Source: Nitrospira sp.
GTDB lineage: Bacteria > Nitrospirota > Nitrospiria > Nitrospirales > Nitrospiraceae
Assembly: GCA_035328385.1 (NCBI GenBank)
Contig: DAOLIU010000001.1
Span: forward strand, 2,612-66,611
Direction: 5' to 3'
Length of the DNA: 64,000 nucleotides
In this document: positions 38,655 through 49,033 of the stretch, piece by piece
How positions within the stretch are numbered: position 1 is the first letter of the stretch
Layout of the letters: the number at the start of each line of letters is the position of its first letter
The notes under the pieces: model-generated
What the model saw: the letters and a program-made list of their open reading frames with translations, nothing else
What the model was told of the DNA's origin: nothing
Database searches by the model: none
Translations under genes and position numbers: made by a program

Positions 38655-40488
38655 TAGAGCGTGCTCCTATGCCAAAGTGATCGACGAGCTCCTCGGGTTT
38701 CCCGCTGTGCGGGATGGCCCGCACGGCGAGCTTGTGCACCCGGACGCCTTCGGAGCCGACGGCGCCCAGCACCGAATCGCCGAGTCCGCCGTGCGCGTAA
38801 TGGTCTTCGACGGTGAGGATGCGCCCCTGCGTCGAGCGGGCGCAATCCAGCAGCGTGGTGCGGTCGATGGGGACGATGCTGTACAAATCGACCACGCGCA
38901 CGGAGATGCCGGCCGCTTTCAATTGATCGTGGGCTTTGAGCGCTTCGAACAGCGTAACTCCCGCCGCCACGATGGTGAGTGCGTCCGATTGACTGTGGCG
39001 GACGACTTTCGATCCGCCGATGGGGAACCGCTCGTCTGCTCCGTAAATCACCGGGGATTTCGGCCGGCCGGCGCGCAGATACACCATGCCCTTGTGGGCG
39101 GCGGCGGCTTCCACCAGCCGGTAGGTGCTGGTGGCGTCCGACGGATAGAGGACGGTGACGCCCGGTTGCGCGGCCATCATGGCGATGTCCTCGAGACCCA
39201 TCTGCGACGGTCCGTCTTCGCCGATGCTGACCCCGACGTGCGTGCCGACGAGTTTGATGTTCGAACCGCTGATGGCGGCCATCCGGATGAAGTCGTAGGC
39301 CCTGGTGAAAAACGCGGCGAACGTGGCGACGAAGGGAATCTTCCCGCAGGCGGCAAGTCCGGCCGCCGCGCCGAGCATGTTTTGCTCCGCGATGAAACTT
39401 TCGAAGAACCGGTCGGGGAACTTCTTGCCGAATTTTTCCGTGTAGGTGGAATTCTTCACGTCGGCATCCAGCGCCACGACCTGCTGGTTGACGGCCCCGA
39501 TCGCCTCGAGCGCCACGCCGAACGCCTCCCGTGTCGCGGCGGAATCACCTATCTTATAGGGAGGAGCCGGTACGGTCCCTGCGGTTGCGGGAGCGGCCGT
39601 GGAGGGAACCGGCTTCGGGATGACGGCCTCGGTTCCGTTGGGTTTGAGCTGTGCCGTCAATTCCTCGATGGCTTTCTGCATGTCCTGGCCCTTCGGGATG
39701 GGCTTGCCGTGCCAGTTGGGATGGTCCTCGATGAAGGAGACGCCGCGGCCCTTGAAGGTCTTGGCCAGAATCACCGTGGGGCGCCCTTTCGTCTCGGCTG
39801 CCTCCGAGAAGGCCGAGAGGATCGCCTTGAGGTCGTGTCCGTCGATCACCATCGCGTGCCATCCGAAGCCCGACCAGCGGGCGCGATAGGCGTCCATGTC
39901 GTGCTGCAGCATCGTCGGATCGCTCTGCCCGAGCCGGTTTACGTCGACGATGGCGCAGAGGTTGTCCAAGGCGTACTGGCGCGCGATCTCCGCGGCTTCC
40001 CAGACGGAGCCTTCGACGGATTCTCCATCCCCCATCAACACGTAGGTGCGGCGGCTCAGCTTGTCGACGAACTTCGCGTCGAGCGCGATGCCGACGCCCA
40101 CGGGAAGCCCCTGGCCCAGCGAGCCGGTGGCCATGTCCACGAACGGCAGCCGGGGAGTCGGATGGCCTTCGAGATCGGACGTCAGGGTCCTCAGCTTGAG
40201 CAACTCACTGACGGGAAACAGACCCGCTTCGGCCCAAGCGGCGTACAGCAGCGGAGCGGCGTGTCCCTTGGACAGGACGAATCGGTCGCTGTTCGACGCC
40301 TTGGGGTTCTTCGGGTCGTACCGCATGACGTGGAAGAACAGGGCCGAAACGATGTCCGCGGCGGAACAGCAGCTCGACGGATGTCCGCTGCCGGCCTCGC
40401 TGGTGGCCCGGACGCTTTCGATCCGGAGCTTCGTGGCTTTGTTCTGGAGCGTGGTAAGGAGATCGGGGGTAAGGCTCGGGCTGGCCAT
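38623..40488 (-). CDS. tkt: Transketolase
   Basis: GSGHPSSCCSAADI, VLSKGHAAP, GSLGQGL, MGDGE motifs. Start at MASPSL is preceded by GAAAGGAG. Confidence 0.9.
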   Translation of the reverse strand: MASPSLTPDLLTTLQNKATKLRIESVRATSEAGSGHPSSCCSAADIVSALFFHVMRYDPKNPKASNSDRFVLSKGHAAPLLYAAWAEAGLFPVSELLKLRTLTSDLEGHPTPRLPFVDMATGSLGQGLPVGVGIALDAKFVDKLSRRTYVLMGDGESVEGSVWEAAEIARQYALDNLCAIVDVNRLGQSDPTMLQHDMDAYRARWSGFGWHAMVIDGHDLKAILSAFSEAAETKGRPTVILAKTFKGRGVSFIEDHPNWHGKPIPKGQDMQKAIEELTAQLKPNGTEAVIPKPVPSTAAPATAGTVPAPPYKIGDSAATREAFGVALEAIGAVNQQVVALDADVKNSTYTEKFGKKFPDRFFESFIAEQNMLGAAAGLAACGKIPFVATFAAFFTRAYDFIRMAAISGSNIKLVGTHVGVSIGEDGPSQMGLEDIAMMAAQPGVTVLYPSDATSTYRLVEAAAAHKGMVYLRAGRPKSPVIYGADERFPIGGSKVVRHSQSDALTIVAAGVTLFEALKAHDQLKAAGISVRVVDLYSIVPIDRTTLLDCARSTQGRILTVEDHYAHGGLGDSVLGAVGSEGVRVHKLAVRAIPHSGKPEELVDHFGIGARSIVEAAKQIIK

Positions 40489-40565
40489 TGAAACTCCTTT
40501 CTGGAATTCCGCCGGGCGCGTCTCGTGTCCGTTCACTCGCGCGCGGCGGCAAGAAGAGAAAACTC

Positions 40566-40595
40566 AGGCTAGCAAACCCGAGGCGGACGAGTCAA
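40566..40595 (-). promoter_or_regulatory. Candidate sigma70 promoter of tkt
   Basis: Minus strand TTGACT-N18-TAGCCT with TGc directly 5' of the -10. Part of a roughly 35-bp module repeated at 41224. Confidence 0.45.
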
Positions 40596-40776
40596 TGAAG
40601 TCGGCGCGAGGATAGCGGGTCGGTTGCCGTCAGACGCACTGAAGTTTCTCATTCCCGCGGAAGCGAAAATCCGGTCAAGGCATTCTCCTCAGCATGGAGC
40701 CGTGATCGAGGCGTGGATACGCGCCTTCGCGGGCATGACGCAAGAGGCGCGAAGTTCGCCGGCCGGCGCCCGGCGA

Positions 40777-41181
40777 TCAGGCGGGCAAGGCGGGAGTGAC
40801 GGCCGACACTTCCTCCGAGCAAGGCCCTTCGACTCCGTTGTAGGAACTGACCGAAAAATAATAGCGCGTCTCAGGGCGCAGATTGTTTACGGTTCCCTTC
40901 GGTTGCGACACGAAAAGCGACGCTTCATACCGGCAGGATCCGCGATGGTTCGGAGACGAGCGGCCGTAATGAATGACGTATCCGGTTACAGTGGGATCCG
41001 GAACCGGATCCCAGGCCAAGGTGACGCTCAATGAAGAGACGGGGCTTCCCGTGTCCGGGACGGCTCCCATGTTGTTTCCGTTGCCTTGTCCGCACGCGCT
41101 CAGCGCAACGGGCATCAACGACAGCAGCAGAGCATGAATGGTGCGAAACGGGAAGCCGGATGTCGGGAGGAGCGTAGTCAT
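40777..41181 (-). CDS. Lipoprotein with fibronectin type III-like domain
   Basis: Lipobox ALSAC. VTLAWDPVPDPTVTGYVIHYG...LRPETRYYFSVSSYN is FN3-like. Confidence 0.6.
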   Translation of the reverse strand: MTTLLPTSGFPFRTIHALLLSLMPVALSACGQGNGNNMGAVPDTGSPVSSLSVTLAWDPVPDPTVTGYVIHYGRSSPNHRGSCRYEASLFVSQPKGTVNNLRPETRYYFSVSSYNGVEGPCSEEVSAVTPALPA

Positions 41182-41223
41182 CGCAACCTCTCGTCGGGGC
41201 GGATCGTCGATTGGGGCGCGGGC

Positions 41224-41252
41224 AGGCTAGCAAAGGATTCGGAACGAGTCAA
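41224..41252 (-). promoter_or_regulatory. Candidate sigma70 promoter of the FN3 lipoprotein gene
   Basis: Minus strand TTGACT-N17-TAGCCT with TGc before the -10. Shares CAGGCTAGCAAA and ACGAGTCAATGAA blocks with 40565-40599. Confidence 0.45.
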
Positions 41253-41406
41253 TGAACCGAAATGCATCCTGCTGCCGGCGGCGGGGGCGCCGGTTTCCCG
41301 GTTTGACTGGCCGAACGCCATTCCGGTATAGACCATCGAGGCGTCGCTCTCTTTCGAGGCGACCGTCGGGATTCAATCAATCACATCAACGGGAGGCAAG
41401 ACGAGA

Positions 41407-41748
41407 ATGCGAGGGACGACGTGCGCAATCGTATTGGCAGGTTTGTTGGCCGTGAACGGCGCGGCGTCGGCGGTGTTTGCGGGCGATGAGGACGGATCAA
41501 AGGTGACGATCACGGCGCCTGCCGATGGCGCGACCGTCGACGGAGCCTCCGTCGAGCTCAAGTACGAGTTGGCGAAGGGCGTCAAAGCCCATCATGCCCA
41601 TGTCTACCTCGATGGGCAGTATCAGAAGGGATTCAAGGGGACCTTTACCAATCTCCCGGCCGGCAAGCATGAGATCAAGGTCGTGGCGGCGACGGACGAC
41701 CACAAGATGCTGGCGGCGGAATCCGTCGTCACGATTGAAGTGAAGTAG
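41407..41748 (+). CDS. Secreted small Ig-like/DUF4399-like protein
   Basis: Signal peptide, then VTITAPADGATV...HHAHVYLDG...GKHEIKVVA. Confidence 0.55.
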   Translation: MRGTTCAIVLAGLLAVNGAASAVFAGDEDGSKVTITAPADGATVDGASVELKYELAKGVKAHHAHVYLDGQYQKGFKGTFTNLPAGKHEIKVVAATDDHKMLAAESVVTIEVK

Positions 41749-41774
41749 AAACGGGGGAGAGGCTCCCGCTTTGC

Positions 41775-42209
41775 TTATCCGTTTCGCTGTCCGGCCGAGA
41801 AATCTTCGAGCGTATAGTTGTCCAGGATGTCGGCGATCGCGTCCCGTACCGTGCCCATCACCTGCTGGACGGGGCATTGCGCCTTTTCGGCATACGGACA
41901 GTCCGAGCATTTCTGGTACGCGGTCTTGCTGACGCATCCGATCGGCGCCAGCGGACCGTCCAGGATCCGAATGACCTGGCCCAGCGTGATCTGGCTCGGC
42001 GGCTTGATCAGCGCATAGCCGCCGCGAATTCCTCGGCGGCTGGACAAGAGCCCCGCGCGTTTGAGGGCCAACAAAATCTGCTCGAGAAATTCGACGGGAA
42101 TGCCCTGCCGGTCGGCGATCTCGTGGCGCTGCAAGGTCTTGCTGCCGTTGGCAAGCGTCAATTCGAGGAGAGCCCGCAGGCCGTACTCGCTTTTCTTTGA
42201 CAACTTCAT
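41775..42209 (-). CDS. Rrf2 family transcriptional regulator (IscR/NsrR-like)
   Basis: MKLSKKSEYGLRALLEL..., wHTH, and a Cys cluster (C...CSDC...C) near the C-terminus. Confidence 0.85.
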   Translation of the reverse strand: MKLSKKSEYGLRALLELTLANGSKTLQRHEIADRQGIPVEFLEQILLALKRAGLLSSRRGIRGGYALIKPPSQITLGQVIRILDGPLAPIGCVSKTAYQKCSDCPYAEKAQCPVQQVMGTVRDAIADILDNYTLEDFSAGQRNG

Positions 42210-42436
42210 GTTCGTTGAATCAAAGTGAGTTAATCAAGAACGGCACAATAGGCCGGGACCTTCGATCGAGTCAAGACAAGGAGGGGCGTGGCAGCGGGTC
42301 AGTTTGCTATGGGAAGGTTTTGTCAGAGGAACTGCCCTACTGCCAGGGTCGCAGCCGGATCGATGTACAAGCGCTTTCACAGGAGCGGCGCGTGCAAACC
42401 AAAGCCTCGCAACTCATTGATGATAGAGGAGGTTTA

Positions 42437-42466
42437 TTGACAGGGCCGCTCGATTCTTGATAGCTT
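42437..42466 (+). promoter_or_regulatory. Candidate sigma70 promoter of glyQS
   Basis: TTGACA-N18-TAGCTT with TGa before the -10, about 55 nt upstream of the glyQ start. Confidence 0.35.
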
Positions 42467-42521
42467 CGACCGTCGAGTCGGAGTATCGGCATCGGTCATC
42501 GGCAGCGGGGCGTAACTCTTC

Positions 42522-43433
42522 GTGACCTTCCAGGATCTCATCCTTACATTGCACCGGTTTTGGGCCGATCAGGGCTGTGTGATTCATCAGCCCTATGATC
42601 TGGAGATGGGAGCCGGCACCTTTCATCCCGCCACGTTTCTGCGCTCGCTCGGTCCCGAGCCCTGGCGGTCCGCCTACGCGCAGCCCTGCCGGCGTCCCAC
42701 CGACGGCCGATACGGAGAAAATCCCAACCGCCTGCAGCATTACTATCAGTACCAGGTCGTCCTGAAGCCCTCGCCGGACAATATCCAGGAACTCTATCTG
42801 GAGAGCCTGGCCCGACTGGGAATCAATCCGAAGCAGCACGACATCCGGTTCATCCAGGACGACTGGGAATCGCCGACGCTTGGCGCGTGGGGCCTCGGCT
42901 GGGAGGTGCGGCTGGACGGAATGGAGATCACGCAGTTCACCTACTTCCAGGAGATCGGCGGTATCGAGCTCAGTCCGATCACGGGCGAAATCACCTACGG
43001 CACCGAGCGCATCGCGATGTATCTTCAGCAAGTGAATAATGTCTACGATCTCGCGTGGACCGACCAGGTCAAGTACGGCGACATCCATCATGAATCCGAA
43101 GTGCAGTTCTCGCGGTACAACTTCGAAGAAGCCAACGTGGACATGCTGATGAGCGCGTTTCAGGCCTATGAGGCCGAATGCAAGCGGTTGCTCGGCCATT
43201 CGGACCGGCGGCTCGCGCTCCCCGCGTACGACTACTGCATCAAGTCTTCCCACGTGTTCAATCTGCTCGACGCGCGCGGCGCGATCAGCGTCGCGGAGCG
43301 GACCGGCTACATCGGGCGGGTCCGCGCGTTGGCGAGGCAGTGCGCCGAACGGTATATAGAGGAACGTGCCGCCATGGGACATCCGCTCGTCGAGCGCCGG
43401 TCCAAGATGGCCGGTTCCCGCGGTCGCAAGTAA
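42522..43433 (+). CDS. glyQ: Glycine--tRNA ligase alpha subunit
   Basis: [18 protein letters not shown]...[18 protein letters not shown] is highly characteristic. GTG start. Confidence 0.92.
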   Translation: MTFQDLILTLHRFWADQGCVIHQPYDLEMGAGTFHPATFLRSLGPEPWRSAYAQPCRRPTDGRYGENPNRLQHYYQYQVVLKPSPDNIQELYLESLARLGINPKQHDIRFIQDDWESPTLGAWGLGWEVRLDGMEITQFTYFQEIGGIELSPITGEITYGTERIAMYLQQVNNVYDLAWTDQVKYGDIHHESEVQFSRYNFEEANVDMLMSAFQAYEAECKRLLGHSDRRLALPAYDYCIKSSHVFNLLDARGAISVAERTGYIGRVRALARQCAERYIEERAAMGHPLVERRSKMAGSRGRK

Positions 43434-43443
43434 GTCACGGTCA

Positions 43444-45609
43444 ATGGACAAACAAGCCGCACGCACACCAGCTTCCAAGCCGCCGGCTCGCGGCGACGGT
43501 GAACTGCTCCTGGAAATCGGCACAGAAGAACTGCCCTATCAATTCATCGTTCCGGCCCTCGCCCATCTGAAGGAGCAGGCGGCACGCACCCTGGCGGAGG
43601 CCCGCCTGTCTTATGGCGCACTCCGGAGTTATGGAACGCCGCGACGGCTGGTGCTCGTCGCCGACGGGCTGGCGCTCCGGCAGGCCTCGGTGGTCAAGGA
43701 AACGATGGGGCCGTCGAAGACGGTGGCCTTCGACGCCGGGGGGCAGCCGACCAAAGCGGCCCTGGGATTCGCAGCCGGTCAAGGCGTGGCGGTCGAATCG
43801 TTGCAGGTGCGGGCCACCCCCAAGGGCGAATATGTGTTTGCGGTCAAGCAGGATCCCGGGCGTCCCGCCAAGGCGGTCTTGCAGGAGCTGCTGCCGCAAC
43901 TCATCGGCGGCTTGACGTTTCCGAAGGCGATGAAATGGAACGAAAGCGGCGTTCGGTTCGCGCGGCCGGTGCGTTGGATCCTGGCGGTTTTCGCCGGGGC
44001 GGTCCTGCCGATTCAGGCCGCGGGCCTCACGGCCGGGAACCGAACCTACGGTCACCGGGTGAAGGCGGGCAATCGCCCCATCACGGTGCGCGACGCCAAG
44101 TCCTACGAAAAGGCACTGGAGCGGGGCGGGGTCCTGGTCGATCCGGAGCGGAGGCGGGCCTTGATTCAGTCGCAGCTCGACCGGCTGTGCGCGACGGCCG
44201 GCCTCGTACTGCACGCCGATGAATCGTTGCTCGACCAAGCGGTGTTCACCACCGAATGGCCGCAGGCCTTGATCGGCGGTTTCAAGCCGGACTATCTCGC
44301 CGTGCCGTCCGACATTCTGATGACCTCCATGAAGGAACATCAGGGATTCTTCTCGGTCAGGAACAAGAAAACGGGCATCCTCGCCCCGCATTTCATCGCC
44401 GTGGCCAATACCCAGATCAAGGATCTGTCGCTGATATGCGCCGGCAACGAGCGCGTGCTGGCCGCCCGGCTGGCCGATGCGAAGTTTTTCTTCGATGAAG
44501 ACCGAAAGACGAGGCTCGAGGCGCGCGTCGCGAAGCTGGCCGGCGTGACGTTCCACCAAAAGCTCGGAACGATGGGCCAGAAACAGGAGCGGATCAGGAA
44601 GCTGGCGGAATTTCTCGCGGGGCAAGCCGCCCCCGGCGATGCCGAGTTGGTGCGGATCTGCGGCCGGGCCGGCGCTTTGTGTAAGGCCGATCTCCTCACG
44701 GGCATCGTCGGCGAGTTTCCCGAGCTGCAGGGGATCATGGGTGGGGAGTATGCCCGGCACGACGGGGAGCCGGCCGCGGTGGCGCAGGCGGTTCGCGAGC
44801 AATACTTGCCCAAGGCGCTCGAAGGGGAACTGCCGCAGTCGCTTCCGGGACAGCTGTTGTCGATGGCGGACCGGCTCGACTCGATCGCCGCGTTTTTTCA
44901 CGTGGGTCTCGTGCCGACCGGCTCCGAGGACCCGTTTGCGCTTCGCCGGCACGCCACGGCGATCGTGCGCATCATTTTGGAGGGCGGTCTCCGGCTGGAC
45001 ATGTACCGTTCCATCGAGGAGGCGCGGGCTCTCGTCGTCGCGGAAGCGTTCAAAGGCACGCCGGAATCCGAACAGGGCATGCGCCGGATCACGGACTTTC
45101 TGTTCGAGCGGGTACGCCACTACGGCCGCACCGTGCATCGCTTGCGCGACGACGTGATGGATGCGGTGTTGCGGGCGGTGCCTGGAACCACGCTCGACCT
45201 GGCGGACGTCCTCCGGAGGATGCAGGCGCTTCAGGCCGTCACGCTCGAACCCGAGTTCGATCCGCTCATCGTCGGCTTCAAGCGGGCCTCCCGGATCGTC
45301 GAGAAAGAGCAGTGGAGCCGGGAGCCGGTCAATCCGGCGTTGTTCAGCCATCCGGCCGAGACGGAACTCCACCGGCAGGTGGGCGCGAGCCGAAAGGACT
45401 TCGAAGCCGAAATGGAACAAGGACGATACGACGGGGCCCTGGGCCATCTCGTGCGGTTGAAGCCGGTGATCGACGCGTTCTTCGCCGGGGTCATGGTCAA
45501 TGCCGATGATCCGGCCGTCCGCGGAAACCGTCTCTCGCTGCTGAAAACGGTCGATGACTTTTTCAAGTCGTTCGCAGACTTTTCGCGTATTATGGTACAA
45601 AGTGGTTAG
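43444..45609 (+). CDS. glyS: Glycine--tRNA ligase beta subunit
   Basis: LLLEIGTEELP N-terminus, length, and position after glyQ. Start at ATG 43444. Confidence 0.9.
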   Translation: MDKQAARTPASKPPARGDGELLLEIGTEELPYQFIVPALAHLKEQAARTLAEARLSYGALRSYGTPRRLVLVADGLALRQASVVKETMGPSKTVAFDAGGQPTKAALGFAAGQGVAVESLQVRATPKGEYVFAVKQDPGRPAKAVLQELLPQLIGGLTFPKAMKWNESGVRFARPVRWILAVFAGAVLPIQAAGLTAGNRTYGHRVKAGNRPITVRDAKSYEKALERGGVLVDPERRRALIQSQLDRLCATAGLVLHADESLLDQAVFTTEWPQALIGGFKPDYLAVPSDILMTSMKEHQGFFSVRNKKTGILAPHFIAVANTQIKDLSLICAGNERVLAARLADAKFFFDEDRKTRLEARVAKLAGVTFHQKLGTMGQKQERIRKLAEFLAGQAAPGDAELVRICGRAGALCKADLLTGIVGEFPELQGIMGGEYARHDGEPAAVAQAVREQYLPKALEGELPQSLPGQLLSMADRLDSIAAFFHVGLVPTGSEDPFALRRHATAIVRIILEGGLRLDMYRSIEEARALVVAEAFKGTPESEQGMRRITDFLFERVRHYGRTVHRLRDDVMDAVLRAVPGTTLDLADVLRRMQALQAVTLEPEFDPLIVGFKRASRIVEKEQWSREPVNPALFSHPAETELHRQVGASRKDFEAEMEQGRYDGALGHLVRLKPVIDAFFAGVMVNADDPAVRGNRLSLLKTVDDFFKSFADFSRIMVQSG

Positions 45610-45626
45610 AGGGCTTGTGTCCGTAG

Positions 45627-46136
45627 GTGAGGGGGATGGAACGACCCTACCCCACAGTCGAACCTGCGTCCCGGGAGTCGCGCGCGTCGGTGGCGAAGGT
45701 GCGTCGGTATACGATGCTCGTCACGCTCGGCTTGATCGTCCTGTGCAACGGCATTCTGCTCTTCGGGGTCTGGGTCAGCGGCGTAAATCTCGACGAGTTG
45801 GTCAAGACGCCCGATCTCTTCAATGCCACGAAAGACGTCTGCCTCAGATTGACATGGGAGAGGGTGCCCGGCGCGCCGGAACCGGTCCGGCTGTGCTCGG
45901 AATGGATTAATCTGGCCGATCCGTCCGGGGCGCCGCACCATTTGGCGGGCGACGTCAAAGTTCGGCAGGGTCCCGATGGACGGTATTATTTCGATCAAGG
46001 CGTCCGGCCCGATTTTCGGCTGTTGGCGCTCGCGCTGTTCGTCGGGGCCGTGCTCTTGTTCGGCCTGTGGGCGAGGCGCTATCTTGTGAGCCGCTACCGG
46101 CTTCAATTGGAGACGGCCGCACCGCGCAGTTCATGA
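45627..46136 (+). CDS. Hypothetical membrane protein
   Basis: Two hydrophobic segments (LVTLGLIVLCNGILLFGVWV, LLALALFVGAVLLFGLW). No family recognised. Confidence 0.45.
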   Translation: MRGMERPYPTVEPASRESRASVAKVRRYTMLVTLGLIVLCNGILLFGVWVSGVNLDELVKTPDLFNATKDVCLRLTWERVPGAPEPVRLCSEWINLADPSGAPHHLAGDVKVRQGPDGRYYFDQGVRPDFRLLALALFVGAVLLFGLWARRYLVSRYRLQLETAAPRSS

Positions 46137-46174
46137 ATTCTCCACTGGTCGTGGAGCGGAAGGAGAGGGCACGC

Positions 46175-48976
46175 GTGGCAAAGAAATACGTCTACTACTT
46201 CGGGGACGGCAAAGCCGAAGGCACGTCGAACATGAAGGAGTTGCTCGGCGGAAAGGGCGCCGGGTTGGCGGAAATGACCAATCTCGGCATCTCGGTTCCG
46301 CCCGGCTTCACGATTTCGACCGAGGCCTGCGTCGAATATTACAAGCTGGGCAAGAAATATCCGACCGGCATGTGGGACGCCGCGTTGCAGGCCTTGAAGC
46401 GAGTCGAGCGGTCCATGGGCATGGGATTCGGCGATCCCGAGCGGCCCCTGCTCGTATCGGTGCGGTCCGGCGCACGCGCTTCCATGCCCGGGATGATGGA
46501 TACGGTGCTGAACGTCGGATTGACCACCAAGACCGTGGAAGGCCTGGCCGCCAAGACCCGCAACGATCGATTCGCCCAGGACAGCTACCGCCGGTTCGTC
46601 TCGATGTTCGGCAGCATCGTCATGGGCGTGCCGCGCGAGCATTTCGAAGCCATCCTCAAGCACAAGAAGACCGAAGTGGGCGTCGCGCACGAGACGCACC
46701 TGGATGCCCGGCATCTCCGCGAGCTGGTCGCGAGCTTCAAGGCGCTGGTCAAAGAGGAAACCAAGAAGGATTTTCCGGACGAGCCGCTCGATCAATTGCA
46801 GATGGCCATCAACGCCGTCTTCTCCTCCTGGTTCGGCGCGCGGGCCATCACGTACCGCCGGCTGTACGCCATTCCCGATTCGTGGGGGACGGCGGTGAAC
46901 GTCGTGGCCATGGTGTTCGGCAACATGGGTGAAACGAGCGGCACCGGCGTCGCGTTCACCCGGAGCCCGAGCTCCGGTGAAAAGACGTTCTTCGGCGAAT
47001 GTCTGATGAACGCGCAGGGCGAAGACGTGGTGGCGGGGATTCGCACGCCGCTGCCCGTGAACGCGCTCGCGAAGAACGTGCCGGAGGCCTACAAAGAGCT
47101 CGAGCACACCTACAAGAAGCTCGAGAAGCATTACCGCGACATGCTGGACCTGGAATTTACGATCCAGGAAGGCAAGCTCTACATGCTGCAGACCCGCGTC
47201 GGCAAACGCACCGGGATCGCGGCCGTCAAAATCGCCGTGGACATGGTCAAGGAAGGGGCCATCACCAGGCAGGAAGCGGTCCAGCGGATCGGGCCGGACC
47301 AGCTGGCGCAGTATCTCTATCCGATTTTCGATACCAAAGAGGAGTCCAAGGCCAATCCGCTCGGCAAGGGATTGCCGGCCGGTCCCGGCGCGGCGGCCGG
47401 CAAGATCGCGCTGACACCGGATCGTGCCGTGGACATGAAGGCGGCGGGTAACCGCGTCGTGCTGGTCCGGCAGGAGACGAGCCCGGACGATATCCACGGA
47501 ATGAACGCGGCGGCCGGGTTCCTGACCGCACGCGGTGGCATGACGTCCCATGCGGCGGTCGTCGCCCGCCAGATGGGCAAGGTCTGCGTGGCCGGATGCG
47601 AATCGGTGGAGGTGCTGGACGCGCAAACGGTGAAGATCGGCGCCAAGACGTTCCGCGAAGGCGATTATTTGTCGATCAACGGATCCACGGGCAACGTCTA
47701 CGAGGGCGATATCCCGGTCGTCGAATCCGAAATCATCCAGGTCATTCAGGGCAAGCTCGATCCCAGAAAGTCCGACAAGTTCCAGCGGTTCGCCACGATC
47801 CTCTCCTGGGCCGACAGCTTCCGGACGCTGCGCGTGCGGGCCAACGCCGACGTGCCCGAGCAGGCCAACATCGCGCGGGGGTTCGGCGCCGAAGGCATCG
47901 GCCTCTGCCGCACGGAGCACATGTTTTTCGCCGAGGACCGGATCACGATCATGCAGAAGATGATCCTGGCCCGGACGAAGGAGGAGCGGGAAAAGTTCCT
48001 CGATCAGCTCCTGCCGCTCCAGAAGCAGGACTTCATCGGCCTGTACCGCGAGATGCAGGGATTTCCGGTGACCATCCGGCTCCTCGATCCTCCGCTGCAC
48101 GAATTTCTCCCGAAGCGGGAAGAATTGATGGTGGAGATCGCGCAACTGGAATTGACCGGGGGCGACGGCGCCAAGCTCGAGGAAAAACGCCGGCTGCTTG
48201 CCCGGGTCGAAGAGCTGCACGAATTCAATCCGATGCTCGGGCTCCGCGGCTGCCGGCTGGGGATCACGATGCCCGAGATCACGCGGATGCAGGCCAGAGC
48301 CATCATGGAAGCCGCCTGCGAGCTGGCGAAGGAAGGCAAGAAGATCGTGCCGGAGATCATGATCCCGCTGGTCGGCATGGTTTCGGAAATGAAATCCCAA
48401 AAAGACCTGGTCCGCGAAGTCGCGCAGGAGACCATGAAGCGGTACAACGTCAAGCTCTCCTATTTCGTCGGCACCATGATCGAGTTGCCGCGCGCCGCGG
48501 TGACGGCGGACCGCATCGCCGAAGAGGCGGAATTCTTCTCCTTCGGGACGAACGATTTGACGCAGACCACGTTCGGTTTCTCCCGCGACGACGCCGCCAA
48601 ATTCATCGACTATTACAAGACCGTCAGCATCATGGAGTCGGATCCCTTCGCCGTCCTCGATCGGGAGGGCGTCGGCGCACTGATGAAACAGGCGATTGTT
48701 GCCGGCAGGAAGACCCGCCCCGCGATCAAGTTGGGCATCTGCGGAGAGCATGGAGGGGATCCCGCCTCCGTGGAGTTCTGCCACGAGCTGGGCCTGGACT
48801 ACGTCAGTTGCTCGCCCTACCGGGTGCCGATCGCCCGGCTTGCCGCGGCTCACGCCGCGTTGGCCGAAGCCGATGCGAAGAAGGCCGCCAAGTCTTCGTC
48901 GACGTCACGCACGAAACCGAAGAGCGCGACGCGCCCCGCGCGCCGTTCCCCCGCGGCTCGCAAGAAGAAGCGATGA
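46175..48976 (+). CDS. ppdK: Pyruvate, phosphate dikinase with a basic C-terminal tail
   Basis: KKYVYYFGDGKAEG start (GTG preceded by GGAAGGAGAG), GGMTSHAAVVAR phospho-His motif, and a PEP-utilising C-domain. Confidence 0.92.
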   Translation: MAKKYVYYFGDGKAEGTSNMKELLGGKGAGLAEMTNLGISVPPGFTISTEACVEYYKLGKKYPTGMWDAALQALKRVERSMGMGFGDPERPLLVSVRSGARASMPGMMDTVLNVGLTTKTVEGLAAKTRNDRFAQDSYRRFVSMFGSIVMGVPREHFEAILKHKKTEVGVAHETHLDARHLRELVASFKALVKEETKKDFPDEPLDQLQMAINAVFSSWFGARAITYRRLYAIPDSWGTAVNVVAMVFGNMGETSGTGVAFTRSPSSGEKTFFGECLMNAQGEDVVAGIRTPLPVNALAKNVPEAYKELEHTYKKLEKHYRDMLDLEFTIQEGKLYMLQTRVGKRTGIAAVKIAVDMVKEGAITRQEAVQRIGPDQLAQYLYPIFDTKEESKANPLGKGLPAGPGAAAGKIALTPDRAVDMKAAGNRVVLVRQETSPDDIHGMNAAAGFLTARGGMTSHAAVVARQMGKVCVAGCESVEVLDAQTVKIGAKTFREGDYLSINGSTGNVYEGDIPVVESEIIQVIQGKLDPRKSDKFQRFATILSWADSFRTLRVRANADVPEQANIARGFGAEGIGLCRTEHMFFAEDRITIMQKMILARTKEEREKFLDQLLPLQKQDFIGLYREMQGFPVTIRLLDPPLHEFLPKREELMVEIAQLELTGGDGAKLEEKRRLLARVEELHEFNPMLGLRGCRLGITMPEITRMQARAIMEAACELAKEGKKIVPEIMIPLVGMVSEMKSQKDLVREVAQETMKRYNVKLSYFVGTMIELPRAAVTADRIAEEAEFFSFGTNDLTQTTFGFSRDDAAKFIDYYKTVSIMESDPFAVLDREGVGALMKQAIVAGRKTRPAIKLGICGEHGGDPASVEFCHELGLDYVSCSPYRVPIARLAAAHAALAEADAKKAAKSSSTSRTKPKSATRPARRSPAARKKKR

Positions 48977-49033
48977 TCGGCCGCGTGGTTGAGCGAAGGA
49001 ACGGCCCGATTCACCCGCGCATCTTCGTCAATC

